Shown here piece by piece: positions 18,477-28,038 of a stretch of DNA of 64,000 bases. Position numbers and translations under genes: made by a program. Source of the stretch: Minisyncoccota bacterium (GTDB taxonomy: Bacteria > Patescibacteriota > Minisyncoccia > Phycocordibacterales > UBA9973); assembly GCA_041659785.1 (NCBI GenBank), contig JBAZXO010000003.1:1099-65098 (forward strand), given 5' to 3'. Each line of letters begins with the position of its first letter. Positions within the stretch are counted from its first letter, which is position 1. The notes below the pieces were generated by a model. That model was given only the letters and a program-made list of their open reading frames with translations. It did no database searches and had not been told where the DNA came from.

Positions 18477-18941
18477 AAAAAATTTGAAGAATTCTCAAAA
18501 AAATTAACTTATTGGATTGGCTCACCGCAGTCCATCTTACTTCATACCGTCTTTTTTGGAGGTATTTTTATTTTGAGATTTTTTGGAGTTGCATCTTCTG
18601 AAATATTGCTTATTTTGACTACGATTGTATCATTAGAAGCTATCTACCTCTCCATCTTCATTCAAATGACCGTAAATAAACATGCTGAAGAGCTTGAAGA
18701 AGTTTCCGAAGATATCGACGAGATTCAAAAAGACGTCGATGAGATTCAGGAAGATGTGGAAGGTATTGAAAAAGATGTGGATGAGATTCAAAAAGACGTG
18801 GATGAGATTCAGGAAGATGTGGAAGACATTGAAGAAGTAAAACCGAAACTCATTTTTGAAAAAATAGAAAAAAATCTACAAGATTTAATGGTAGAAATAT
18901 CTGAACTTAAAAAGAAAAGTGAAAATAAGTCTAAAGAGTAG
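18471..18941 (+). CDS. small membrane protein with acidic coiled-coil tail built from a 66-nt tandem DNA repeat
   Basis: Two N-terminal TM helices, then (DEIQKDVDEIQEDVEGIEKDV)x2 encoded by a near-perfect 66-nt direct repeat about 18719-18850. Divergent from the 17874-18476 gene. Confidence 0.45.
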   Translation: MHKKFEEFSKKLTYWIGSPQSILLHTVFFGGIFILRFFGVASSEILLILTTIVSLEAIYLSIFIQMTVNKHAEELEEVSEDIDEIQKDVDEIQEDVEGIEKDVDEIQKDVDEIQEDVEDIEEVKPKLIFEKIEKNLQDLMVEISELKKKSENKSKE

Positions 18942-19881
18942 CCCACACAGCAGTATTAGCAAGAGATACGATACGATTGTTCGATTTTTCTAAGACACAA
19001 AGTTCACCTTGTTCTATATGTCCCTTGAAATCCCCGCCTAGGCGGGCAGGCTTCAGGGCATTATCTAATGCATAGCCCAAAGAAAGAGAGGAGGAGTCCA
19101 CTGCATAAGAGGTTAAAATAACAAAAAGTGGTTTATCGCTCAAAACTTTCTGCACCTGTAAAAGAAGCTTCGGCAACATTTCTTCTAGCTTCCATATCTC
19201 TCCCTTAGGTCCCCTGCCAAACTTCGGCGGGTCCATAATCACACAGTCATATTTATTCCCTCTTTTTTCTTCCCTCTCTAGAAATTTAATAGCATCATCT
19301 TCTATAATACGCATTGGTAAATCTTTTAGGTCACCATTCATTTCTTGGTTTTCTTTAGCCCATTTTAAAGTTTGCTTAGATGCATCCAGATGTGTAACTT
19401 CTGCACCTGCACGAAGAGCAAAAAGGCTTGCGACTCCAGTATATCCAAAAAGATTTAGAAACTTTATAGGTTTCTTTGCATTTTTAATTTTCTCCTCTAT
19501 AAAATCCCAATGGCTCGCTTGTTCAGGAAAAAATCCCAAATGTCTAAAGGGTGTAGGTGAAGCTAAAAACTTTACCCCTTTATAAGACATCTCCCATTTT
19601 TTATCCTTGTCAAACATCGGGTGTTTGACAAAAGTCCAGCCAGCTTTTGCCCCAGTTTTAGAGCTCCAAAATTTACCATCTGCCTTTTTCCACATTTGTT
19701 GAACACTCGGTGTTGAACATTTGGGCCAGACGGCATCTTCGTATGGACGCACGAAAGTATATTTACCAAATTTTTCTAACTTCTCTCCCTCTCCTGTATC
19801 TAGAAGCTGATAGTCATTTTCACCCGCCGACGAGGAGGGCCAATCTTTTGCACAAAAAATGCTTATATCTTTTTTTATCAT
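18931..19881 (-). CDS. class I SAM-dependent rRNA methyltransferase (RlmI/RlmK-like)
   Basis: NLFGYTGVASLFALRAGAEVTHLD (SAM-binding motif I) and IMDPPKFGRG (DPPxF motif IV) typical of RlmI-type 23S rRNA m5C methyltransferases. Contains palindrome cccgcctaggcggg at 19032-19046. Confidence 0.6.
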   Translation of the reverse strand: MIKKDISIFCAKDWPSSSAGENDYQLLDTGEGEKLEKFGKYTFVRPYEDAVWPKCSTPSVQQMWKKADGKFWSSKTGAKAGWTFVKHPMFDKDKKWEMSYKGVKFLASPTPFRHLGFFPEQASHWDFIEEKIKNAKKPIKFLNLFGYTGVASLFALRAGAEVTHLDASKQTLKWAKENQEMNGDLKDLPMRIIEDDAIKFLEREEKRGNKYDCVIMDPPKFGRGPKGEIWKLEEMLPKLLLQVQKVLSDKPLFVILTSYAVDSSSLSLGYALDNALKPARLGGDFKGHIEQGELCVLEKSNNRIVSLANTAVWATL

Positions 19882-20699
19882 ATTAAAAATTCAATTACGT
19901 CGCCATCTTGTACGATATATTCTTTACCCTCAGTTCGGACCCAACCTTTTTCACGGGCTTTAGCGAAACTCCCTGCTTCAATCAACTGATCATATGATAC
20001 CACTTCTGCACGAATAAACTTCTGCTCGAAATCTGTATGTATCGAACGGCCAGCAAAAGGTGCTGTCGCCCCACGCAAAGTGGTCCAAGCCCTGGATTCA
20101 TCTTCGCCTGTCGTAAAAAAAGTAATCAAATTTAATAAATTATATCCGGCCTTAATAAGGTTATCTAAACCTGTACCAAAAATCGGATCAACTTCTAGGT
20201 ATGGCCCAGGGAGCTTAGATATGAAATCTTTTTTTACATTCTCTGCTGCTTCTGAAGTGTTTAAAACATAAAGCGTGGGTTTTTTAATTCCCGCTTGTTC
20301 TAATTCAAAATTTATAACCTCTATATCAAAAAGTGGATCAATATGATCGTGAACATGAATCATATCTTTATCTTCAAAAATTCGCACAACTTCGATAATC
20401 GCATCCACCTCACGTATATGTGAAAGAAATTTATTACCGAGTCCTGCCCCTGTAGATGCGCCCTTTACAAGCCCGGCGATATCTACAAACTCCACCACTG
20501 CTGGAATAGTTTTCTTTGATTTAGATATAGCAGATAATTTAAGAAGTCTATCATCTGGCACAGGTACGATACCGACAGAAGGATCAATAGTACAAAAAGG
20601 ATAATTCTCTGCCGGCACACCCTTCTTAGTAAGAGCATTAAAAAGCGTGGATTTTCCCACGTTTGGCAGACCTACGATTCCGATTGATAGTGAAGACAT
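19878..20699 (-). CDS. ychF: Obg-family ATPase YchF (short form)
   Basis: N-terminus IGIVGLPNVGKSTLFNALT (G1), DIAGLVKGAS (G3), C-terminal TGS-like DGDVIEFLI. 273 aa. Start overlaps the 3' end of the upstream recombinase ORF by about 60 nt. Confidence 0.8.
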   Translation of the reverse strand: MSSLSIGIVGLPNVGKSTLFNALTKKGVPAENYPFCTIDPSVGIVPVPDDRLLKLSAISKSKKTIPAVVEFVDIAGLVKGASTGAGLGNKFLSHIREVDAIIEVVRIFEDKDMIHVHDHIDPLFDIEVINFELEQAGIKKPTLYVLNTSEAAENVKKDFISKLPGPYLEVDPIFGTGLDNLIKAGYNLLNLITFFTTGEDESRAWTTLRGATAPFAGRSIHTDFEQKFIRAEVVSYDQLIEAGSFAKAREKGWVRTEGKEYIVQDGDVIEFLI

Positions 20700-22284
20700 T
20701 GATATTTGATTCTATTGGAATATATCCATAAACTTGTAATTTTTCCCTTGTTCCGACCACCCTATCTATAACTGTTCTGATTATGTCTTTTTTTGAGCTA
20801 AAGTTCAAGTTATTACTTAATGCTTTTGATACTTTTTGAGTGAAGGTTTTTATCTCAGATAATTTCGGTAGTGTTTTTTCTCCAATTTTCTGATTTTCTA
20901 AATCAGCATTAGCTATTTGATTTTCGAATAAAGATATCTTCTCTTTAACAGGAGCAAGATATTCTTTTAATTGTTCAATTGTAATTACACCAGAGCCATA
21001 AGCCTTAGCGTAACGACCTTCCTGGTCTTTAAGTTTAGATATTTCTTTTCTAGTCTCTTCTGTATTTATAACAGAAGTACAATTTCCATTATTTTGATTA
21101 TTGATCCAACGTTCCACTTGCTTGGTTAATAATTCTGGTGAACTCATAAGTTCTGTAGTTTTTTCCCACACTAACGGATCTAATATCTTGGCATTTAGGC
21201 CCTTCTCTTTACAACTAGGCTGTAAAGGAAAACTTTTTATTCTATCAGTGCAACGATAATACAAATGTTTACCACGCTGTGGTCCTTCCCCTGCTCGTCT
21301 TTTACCACAATTGCACCATATTTTACCAGCCAAAAGATACTCATTTTTAGTATTTCTTTCAGACATTTCAAAATTTGATCTTAATATCTGTCCGACTCTA
21401 TTAAATAATTCTTCATCTATAATTTTAGGAGTAGGGATTTTTATCCATTCACTTTCTGGTTTCATTCGTCTACTGGTTTTCTTAATTTTTTTATATCCCT
21501 CTTTCTTCGTTGGATTAACTGGTATCGTAGCGTAAGAAGCTCCATAATGGCCTTCACCTATATATGTCCTATTCCTTAATAACGTACTCAACGTGCTAGT
21601 GTTCCAAACACCTCTTTTACTTTTACGAGGAGGTATGCCTAACTCTTGAAGTCTTCTGACAATACCTCTTAATCTTAATCCATCATTATCTACCCAAGAA
21701 AAAATACTTTTTACAATTTGAGTTTCTCTTTCATTTATTTCATAGTGACCTTGAAGAAAATCGGCATCTCCTCTCTTCCCTTTCTTTACTATAAAATTAT
21801 ATCCGTAAGGAGCTTCACTAACAATGATATGTCCCTCTTTTGCCTTTCGTACTTTACCTAGTCTAAATCGTTCTTTTATTTTCATTCTTTCGTATTCAGT
21901 AAATACTCCTCTCATTTTATACATAATAATATCCTCGTCTGTTTTTGGTTGTGGAATCGTAACGAAAAGAACCTCAATTTCTAATTCTTTTAATTCCTCT
22001 ATCACCACTTCCTGCCATGCACCTCGTCTTGCTAATCTATCTGGATCATAAATTAAAACTGCGTTCCATTTTTTTAGTTTTGCATCCATGCGAAGTTGAT
22101 CTAATGCTGGACGTGCAAGAGAATCACCACTCCAACCATTATCAATATATTGCTTGACTATGATATAGCCATTCTTTTCAGCGAATTGATTAACAGCAGA
22201 AAGTTGCGTTTCAATAGTTCCCTCGTTTTCTTGGTTTGAAGTTGAAACTCTTCCGTATGTTGCGATTAATTTTATTTTTTCCAT
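20638..22284 (-). CDS. large serine recombinase (phage-integrase type)
   Basis: N-terminal resolvase catalytic domain with YGRVSTSNQ (catalytic Ser) and DRLAR. Recombinase domain, Cys-rich zinc ribbon (CNCGKRR...YYRCTDR) and C-terminal coiled coil. 548 aa. Confidence 0.9.
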   Translation of the reverse strand: MEKIKLIATYGRVSTSNQENEGTIETQLSAVNQFAEKNGYIIVKQYIDNGWSGDSLARPALDQLRMDAKLKKWNAVLIYDPDRLARRGAWQEVVIEELKELEIEVLFVTIPQPKTDEDIIMYKMRGVFTEYERMKIKERFRLGKVRKAKEGHIIVSEAPYGYNFIVKKGKRGDADFLQGHYEINERETQIVKSIFSWVDNDGLRLRGIVRRLQELGIPPRKSKRGVWNTSTLSTLLRNRTYIGEGHYGASYATIPVNPTKKEGYKKIKKTSRRMKPESEWIKIPTPKIIDEELFNRVGQILRSNFEMSERNTKNEYLLAGKIWCNCGKRRAGEGPQRGKHLYYRCTDRIKSFPLQPSCKEKGLNAKILDPLVWEKTTELMSSPELLTKQVERWINNQNNGNCTSVINTEETRKEISKLKDQEGRYAKAYGSGVITIEQLKEYLAPVKEKISLFENQIANADLENQKIGEKTLPKLSEIKTFTQKVSKALSNNLNFSSKKDIIRTVIDRVVGTREKLQVYGYIPIESNINVFTINRNRRSAKRGKIHAF

Positions 22285-22289
22285 ATTTT

Positions 22290-22481
22290 TTATTTAATTT
22301 TTATCACTTCTTCAAAAAGCAAATCAAATGCTTTATTAATTTTTTCTTCTGAAGAAACAATATAGTTGTAATCCAAAGAGGGACAACGAAGTGAGTTCTT
22401 ACTGCTACGCAAAAGCTCTCGTTGCCCCTCTTTAGGTTCAAGGTTTTTCTCACTTATTAAGCTTTGACGTAGCTCATTCAT
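22290..22481 (-). CDS. small hypothetical protein immediately upstream of recombinase (possible directionality factor; speculative)
   Basis: 63-aa ORF, 5 nt upstream of the recombinase start, same strand. Confidence 0.3.
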   Translation of the reverse strand: MNELRQSLISEKNLEPKEGQRELLRSSKNSLRCPSLDYNYIVSSEEKINKAFDLLFEEVIKIK

Positions 22482-22627
22482 TATAACATTCTTTGGCTAA
22501 TTTCTAATAATAATTTGACTCCTGACTAATTCTTCGTTCTTTTAGTGTTGGTACGAGTAATTGATTTTGAACCCTTGTAAAATATGGCTTATTTTAGGAC
22601 GGGTTTTACATAGAGGGACCCTGGGAC

Positions 22628-22876
22628 TTATATCGACAATATCTCAAGATCTCTTGCTGTGTATGGAGTATCAAGATTTTTGAATTCTCCTTTAGCAACC
22701 AATTTATTGATTGTTATTTGTCTTCTTTGAAATCTTTGGAAGGGCTTTCTCTTACAGATTCTTTCTCCTGGATACCAAACCACTTCAATCTTGAAGTTAG
22801 GATTTGGGTCGCCTGCACAAATTGGCGCTTCACAATTTAAGTTATGGTTAATTTCTCTCATGTTGTGTTCCCCCAA
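22628..22876 (-). CDS. hypothetical protein
   Basis: 82-aa ORF with a Cys-containing N-terminus. No family recognised. Confidence 0.3.
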   Translation of the reverse strand: MGEHNMREINHNLNCEAPICAGDPNPNFKIEVVWYPGERICKRKPFQRFQRRQITINKLVAKGEFKNLDTPYTARDLEILSI

Positions 22877-22918
22877 AAGGGGGAGTTAGTGGTTAATAAA
22901 TAATTCTTAACGTTTCTT

Positions 22919-23200
22919 CTACTTAACTTTTTTATTATGTTTCAAGAACTCTTCCTCGCTTGCGAAGAAAGTTTTAGTTACAAATGTTAAGTAATCTTTT
23001 GACAACCTAAAAGCAGCTTTCAAGTCTTTTTTATTAAACATGAGACGTTTTACTGCTTTGACGGTGTCTTTTGGTAAGATTAATTTTGATGATAGAGCTA
23101 ACATTAACCCTATTAAAATCTCTTCTTTTGAGAATCCATCTGCACAACCAAAGAGCTTTTCATCCATTTCAATTACTTTTATTTCTATTTCTTTTTTCAT
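22919..23200 (-). CDS. hypothetical protein
   Basis: 93-aa ORF, Lys-rich. No family recognised. Confidence 0.3.
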   Translation of the reverse strand: MKKEIEIKVIEMDEKLFGCADGFSKEEILIGLMLALSSKLILPKDTVKAVKRLMFNKKDLKAAFRLSKDYLTFVTKTFFASEEEFLKHNKKVK

Positions 23201-23369
23201 TGCATAATTTTTAATTATTTATAATCTGATGTTCGACTTTTAATTAACCATCATTAATCAGATAATATGAAAAATAGAAAGCTTAAAAAATCCTTAAAAA
23301 TAAAGGCAGGAAAGAAAAAAGCCCTCTAAAATAGAGAGTCTTACAGGTTATTCACAATTTTAAGTAAAG

Positions 23370-24065
23370 TTAAGCAGATTTAAGCTGTCGTGTTGTTTTG
23401 TTTTTTGTAATTAATTTAATTTGTATGTTCGGTACAATATATCCATCTTCTTCTCTTAAAATTTTCGTTACTTGAAATCCTTTCGTGTAGAGTGGATTTG
23501 TTTGTTGATAATTAAAATAATCATAAAGATTTTTATCAAAAGGCACTTCTTCTTTTTTAGCTAATTTATATATTAATCCCCACCTGTTATTTCTAGAAAG
23601 ATTCATTGGTTCGTCTTTATAATTACCATTTATGTAGATTTTAACTCTACCTCGTTCTGTCTCATCTTTAAGAACTTCAATTTTCTTTATGAAATTTCCA
23701 TTAGTAGCAGTACTACCTTTAACATCTAGTTTATCTTTTAGATATGTTTTTATAAGGTCGTCTGTAAAATCACAAAATACAGCGACATCATTGCTTGAAT
23801 ACGTACGACTATAATCAAAAGAATAACTGGGTTTATAATTTAACATATTATGTTTCCTGTAAAAGTCCTTATCGTTTATTACTTCATCAAGTATGGAAAA
23901 ACACTCAGCTTGATCGCTATCATCTAAGTGAGGTGCTACTTGAAGTTTGTCTAATTCAACCATGGAACAACTGCCTGAGTATGGTAAAGATACCTGCTCT
24001 TTTAAAATAGTTTGAAGAAGCCAGATTAATCTTTCATCATGATTTAGCCCTTGCATGATTAGCAT
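23370..24065 (-). CDS. hypothetical protein
   Basis: 231-aa ORF, island cargo. No family recognised. Confidence 0.4.
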   Translation of the reverse strand: MLIMQGLNHDERLIWLLQTILKEQVSLPYSGSCSMVELDKLQVAPHLDDSDQAECFSILDEVINDKDFYRKHNMLNYKPSYSFDYSRTYSSNDVAVFCDFTDDLIKTYLKDKLDVKGSTATNGNFIKKIEVLKDETERGRVKIYINGNYKDEPMNLSRNNRWGLIYKLAKKEEVPFDKNLYDYFNYQQTNPLYTKGFQVTKILREEDGYIVPNIQIKLITKNKTTRQLKSA

Positions 24066-24173
24066 AGTAAATAATATTATAGCAGATATTTACAGTATTA
24101 TTAATTTCTAGAAAATCCTTCGCCACACAGACAGCTTCAAAAAGAATTGAAAAAGTACTGTATTTGTCTAAGG

Positions 24174-24779
24174 CTATTGAGATTGATATTCTTTTATCAT
24201 TTCTATGGTTTTTTGTGCATCTCTTACTTGATTAAACAATCCCGATTGATTGCAGAGTTTCAAGAAACGTTGAAAGCGCTTGGTCCATTTAGATCTATAT
24301 AGAGGTCGTGGAATGCTTTCTCTCATATCAAGAAGGGCTAATCTCTTGCTTTGCTGGTAGAGCATTCTGCCATGGTCACTTCTGCTATTAATAGTAGTAG
24401 ATTTATAACGAAGACAATGGCATTTAAAACAGGCAAAGAACGTGCTTCCTGGGATGTTCTTGAGATATAAAGCATTGGTTTTATGTCCACAACCACAAGT
24501 TAAATAGGTTCTAGTGCCATAGGTTAATTCTCGTTCGAATAAAAGAATTTTTTGTGGTTCTCCGTTAAAATCAACGACAAGATAGGTGTTCCCATCACAA
24601 CTTTCCTCTGTGGAATAGAAAAGGACTGAGGGCTTACCATTATGTATAAAATTTAGGTATTCTCCCTGCACTACTTCTTTGTTTCTAGCTTTCTGTAGAT
24701 TCTTTCTCAATAGTTTTGTGCTTAACGCAAAACATGATTCTTTTAATATCTTCATTATTAAATGATAACAAAGTACCAA
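24174..24779 (-). CDS. hypothetical protein with Cys4 zinc-ribbon-like motif
   Basis: CGCGH...ACFKCHC cluster. 201 aa. Confidence 0.4.
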   Translation of the reverse strand: MVLCYHLIMKILKESCFALSTKLLRKNLQKARNKEVVQGEYLNFIHNGKPSVLFYSTEESCDGNTYLVVDFNGEPQKILLFERELTYGTRTYLTCGCGHKTNALYLKNIPGSTFFACFKCHCLRYKSTTINSRSDHGRMLYQQSKRLALLDMRESIPRPLYRSKWTKRFQRFLKLCNQSGLFNQVRDAQKTIEMIKEYQSQ

Positions 24780-24809
24780 AAACTATTGAGTTTAGTGAAA
24801 ATATTTTAT

Positions 24810-25757
24810 TTACTGCCAACAAATATCAGATTCCCCTCCTGTCGTTTCTTCTAAGTATTGTTCTACTTCACTAATCCCACCTATGGCATCAATTAAACCT
24901 AATTCTTTAGCTTTGGATCCTAGGACTGTTGAACCATCAGCAATGCTTCTAACTTTCTCTATGGGTATATTACGATTCTTAGATATCGCCTCAACAAAAT
25001 TGCCAAATACGATATTTACATCTCTTAGCATTAGTAGTCTTTCTTCGTTTGTAAGAGGTTTATCTGGGGATCCAGAATCCTTAAATTTACCTGAATTAAT
25101 TTCTTCAAAAATATATCCATCTTTCTTGTTCTTCTCAGCTACACTCACATAAGAGGCTGTTATACCAATAGCTCCTACATTAGAGTTTTTAGATGCGAAT
25201 ATCTTGTCAGCACTACTTATGGCCCAATAAGCGGAAGATGCCCCTACCTCTCTTATAAATGCCACGACAGGCTTCTCACTTCCCTTTATGGCATTAGCGA
25301 CCTCTTCACCTCCTGTCGGTGAACCCCCTCCTGAATCTACCTCAATTACAATTGCCTTTATTTTTTCATCCTCATTTGCTTGTTTAATTGCCCAAATAAT
25401 ATTTTGACTTGCTACTGTATTATAATCAAAAAGAGAGTCATTCTCACTGTGGTTTGGAATGTAAGTTAATAGCGTTCCGTGTAGTTCTATTCCCATGATA
25501 GAGCAATTATCATTTGTTGTGTCGCTAGAATCACTAATAGAAGAATCTGGGGATGAGTTATCTTTAAATGGGCCGACTATAAAAAGAGAATAAAAAAGAA
25601 TAGTAAATACGGTGACGATTAAGATAATTTTAACTATGCTTCCAATTAAATAGCCAAAGATATTAACATCACTCCATTTTCTAAAGCTTAACCATAATTC
25701 ATTTGTTTTGTTAAAAAGTTTTTTCATTTTTAAGTGCTTAGTTAAATAATAACACAT
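24810..25757 (-). CDS. sppA: signal peptide peptidase SppA-like (S49 family, 36K type)
   Basis: N-terminal TM anchor, then GGSPTGGEEVANAI...KPVVAFIREVGASSAYWAISSADKIFASKNSNVGAIGITASY matching S49 catalytic-region motifs. Confidence 0.65.
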   Translation of the reverse strand: MCYYLTKHLKMKKLFNKTNELWLSFRKWSDVNIFGYLIGSIVKIILIVTVFTILFYSLFIVGPFKDNSSPDSSISDSSDTTNDNCSIMGIELHGTLLTYIPNHSENDSLFDYNTVASQNIIWAIKQANEDEKIKAIVIEVDSGGGSPTGGEEVANAIKGSEKPVVAFIREVGASSAYWAISSADKIFASKNSNVGAIGITASYVSVAEKNKKDGYIFEEINSGKFKDSGSPDKPLTNEERLLMLRDVNIVFGNFVEAISKNRNIPIEKVRSIADGSTVLGSKAKELGLIDAIGGISEVEQYLEETTGGESDICWQ

Positions 25758-26177
25758 TTATTTATATCTCTTATAACATTCTTCTCTGTCTGTCTTTGCC
25801 TTAGCACGTATTTGGTCTGCCTCTATTTGTAGCTCTTGAAATGAAGGAGGCTTACAGTATTCTTGGAGTGTCATTTTGCCAGAAGTGATAAGATTATTTA
25901 CATTACTACCATGATCAGAATTAAGACAATCATTTTGTGATTCTGGTGAACTTAAATCTATGGCCAATTCACGATTCCTTTTTATTTCACTTTCAGCATT
26001 ATCGTTGATTTCATCAATACATTGATTCAATGGTTCCTTTGCCAGTTGATCCAACTGAGCCCTTTCTTCTAAAATTGCTTTCTCTTTATTTTCTTGAATA
26101 CTAGAAGAAATTATTTTATATCCGACTAAGGCAAGAAATACAACTCCTATTAAAACAATGATTTTTTTATTGTCCAT
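25758..26177 (-). CDS. membrane-anchored coiled-coil hypothetical protein
   Basis: 139 aa, N-terminal TM helix (IIVLIGVVFLALVGY), charged helical remainder with several Cys. Confidence 0.35.
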   Translation of the reverse strand: MDNKKIIVLIGVVFLALVGYKIISSSIQENKEKAILEERAQLDQLAKEPLNQCIDEINDNAESEIKRNRELAIDLSSPESQNDCLNSDHGSNVNNLITSGKMTLQEYCKPPSFQELQIEADQIRAKAKTDREECYKRYK

Positions 26178-26184
26178 AAAAATA

Positions 26185-26345
26185 AAAACTAGCTGATAAT
26201 AAGCTAGCGTAATGTTCTACTAGAAGCACAGAACACCATGCTAGCTGGACCTTTCGATCCCGTACCCTTTCGGATACGACCCAACGAAGAGTGCTAAACA
26301 TGGTGTTCAGTGACTTCGTTGGGTATTTTCGACCATATCCTAAAG
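26185..26345 (-). ncRNA. candidate structured RNA / 5'UTR element (GNRA-capped hairpins, 11-bp inverted repeat)
   Basis: Minus-strand reading shows CCCAACGAAG...CTTCGTTGGG (10-11 bp stem) and two adjacent GAAA-tetraloop hairpins (CGTATCC-GAAA-GGGTACG and GGATC-GAAA-GGTCC). No ORF. Lies 5' of the 25758-26177 gene in a 630-bp divergent spacer. Confidence 0.25.
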
Positions 26346-26810
26346 AAAATCTCTAAAGGGGTTAGGTCATCTCTATTAAATTGTATAGAAATTATACACC
26401 AAAAAAAGAGTTAAACAAAGAAGACAAAAAGGCTGGGGAAAATTAGAAATTTTTTTAGCCTTTTGAATTCATACATTGGAATTGGTTCGAGACAACCCCT
26501 ATCATGCTCTGTACGAAATACAATTCCAAATAGCCCTTATAAAACAAGATCTCAAAACTCGTTACTCGTACCAACACTTCAAGGTGGTATATTATTACCT
26601 TTTTCAATTTTGGAGTCGCAGACACGTGTCAGTATGTTAACCCCATCAGGCACAACGGACAGGAATTATTAATTGCGACAACACCCCTACCACCCCATCT
26701 AAATATAATTAATAAAATATCAAAACTAAGCTAGTGAAGATAAGGTCGATATTAAATCTTCAGAATACGAGCTAGTCTCTCGTGTAAATTTAATCTATTA
26801 AATTAATAAT

Positions 26811-27137
26811 ATGAAAACATTAAGTATTAACGAAATCTTAGAAGATAATCCATTTACTTCTAATTACCAAGGTTCAACCAAAACAAAAGAAATGTTAGAA
26901 CAACAGATAAAAAAAATTTGGGGTGAACAAGAGGTAAAGAATTATAATCCATATAAAAATGCATTAACTTTTGCATCGTGGATTAAGTTAGGTTACCGTC
27001 CTAAAAAAGGAAGTAAGGCATTAAAAAGTATTACCTTTGTCGAACGCAAAAACGAGAAAGGAGAAGTCATTAGTAAATATCCACGCACGATAAATTTATT
27101 CTATTATAGGTCCGTGGAACCTATAGCTAACAATTAA
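26811..27137 (+). CDS. small protein with possible ArdC-N-like ssDNA-binding region
   Basis: 108 aa. NPYKNALTFASWIKLGYRPKKGSKALKSITF resembles the W.TF.QA..LG..V.KGEK motif of the ArdC N-terminal / DUF1738 family (from memory, weak). Confidence 0.3.
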   Translation: MKTLSINEILEDNPFTSNYQGSTKTKEMLEQQIKKIWGEQEVKNYNPYKNALTFASWIKLGYRPKKGSKALKSITFVERKNEKGEVISKYPRTINLFYYRSVEPIANN

Positions 27138-27141
27138 CATT

Positions 27142-27720
27142 ATGAACACATATAAAAACGAGGTCCCTTCTTACAAAAGAGAAAAAATAAATCCTATTCA
27201 AGAAGAGATAGCAAAGAATGTTGGAACTTATAATCTCACTGCGATTATTGAAGAAGACAAAGAAACAGTTTCAAAGCTTAAAAATATTCCAAATTTAATC
27301 TGCTTCCTTTGCACGTTAAAAATTGGAAATGAAATTATAGGGGTAGGTCGTGGTAGTGCAAACTTAAATCGTATGAACCGTGGAATAGAAAGAGGTGTGA
27401 GGTATAGTTTTGGCAATTCTATAGTTGATGCAGTTGTTAGGGGTATAAAAAATCTCGATGCTCTATATTTTAAAACAACAAATCAACCAGAAACTAAAAT
27501 TCAGAATGAAGTTGATCTTGAGGGTCGTGACAAACAATCATTCTTTAATGATGAGGACATGCCACAAGAAGCCACAGACAAACAGCGAAACTTTTTAACT
27601 AAGTTAGTTGAAAAATGTGATGAAGAAGATAAGGAAGAATATCTGGATGCCTTGGCCTCTCCGTACCTATCAAAATTTCAATGCAGTGAGCTTATCCAAA
27701 AGCTTATGCCAATGAAATAA
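27142..27720 (+). CDS. hypothetical protein
   Basis: 192-aa ORF with acidic C-terminus. No family recognised. Confidence 0.4.
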   Translation: MNTYKNEVPSYKREKINPIQEEIAKNVGTYNLTAIIEEDKETVSKLKNIPNLICFLCTLKIGNEIIGVGRGSANLNRMNRGIERGVRYSFGNSIVDAVVRGIKNLDALYFKTTNQPETKIQNEVDLEGRDKQSFFNDEDMPQEATDKQRNFLTKLVEKCDEEDKEEYLDALASPYLSKFQCSELIQKLMPMK

Positions 27721-27740
27721 TTATTAACTTAATATAAAAA

Positions 27741-27977
27741 ATGATTACAAATACAATATCAGCTTTTGAAGCACCTCGACAAAGGAGTAGCTTCTTTTTA
27801 GAGGATAGCGACGAGCCAGGGATGGCAACAAGCTACCAAAAAAGAACTATCTACCGTCTTCTGTGTGAAAGAATGGAAGATGGTCAAGGTAGAGAAGAAA
27901 ATATAAATCAAATTTCTTATGTTTCAGAAGATGAAGCCAGAAATTGGATTGCCGAATTGGAGAATTCAATTTGGTAG
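27741..27977 (+). CDS. hypothetical protein
   Basis: 78-aa ORF directly followed by a terminator hairpin. Confidence 0.3.
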   Translation: MITNTISAFEAPRQRSSFFLEDSDEPGMATSYQKRTIYRLLCERMEDGQGREENINQISYVSEDEARNWIAELENSIW

Positions 27978-27992
27978 AATATATAAACATTA

Positions 27993-28027
27993 AATGGTGA
28001 GGTCCTTTGGGCTTCACCATTTTTTGT
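27993..28027 (+). terminator. rho-independent terminator between convergent genes, possibly bidirectional
   Basis: aatggtga-ggtcctttgggct-tcaccatt stem-loop followed by TTTTTG. Sits between the + strand 27741-27977 ORF and the - strand gene ending at 28039. Confidence 0.55.
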
Positions 28028-28038
28028 GCTACTTTATA

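Noticed and set aside
20638-20699. Interpreting the recombinase/ychF overlap as a gene fusion
   Set aside because: The overlap is out of frame and ychF retains its canonical N-terminal G1 motif. It is treated as two genes with an overlapping junction.
26230-26260. RNase P RNA P4-like string (GAAAGGTCCAGCT on the minus strand)
   Set aside because: Partial resemblance only. No complementary P4 3' strand, and the available intergenic length on that strand is far too short for RNase P RNA.
26463-26672. Plus-strand 69-aa ORF in the divergent spacer
   Set aside because: Compositionally odd (Ser/Pro/Thr-rich), no RBS, lies in a region better explained as regulatory or structured RNA.
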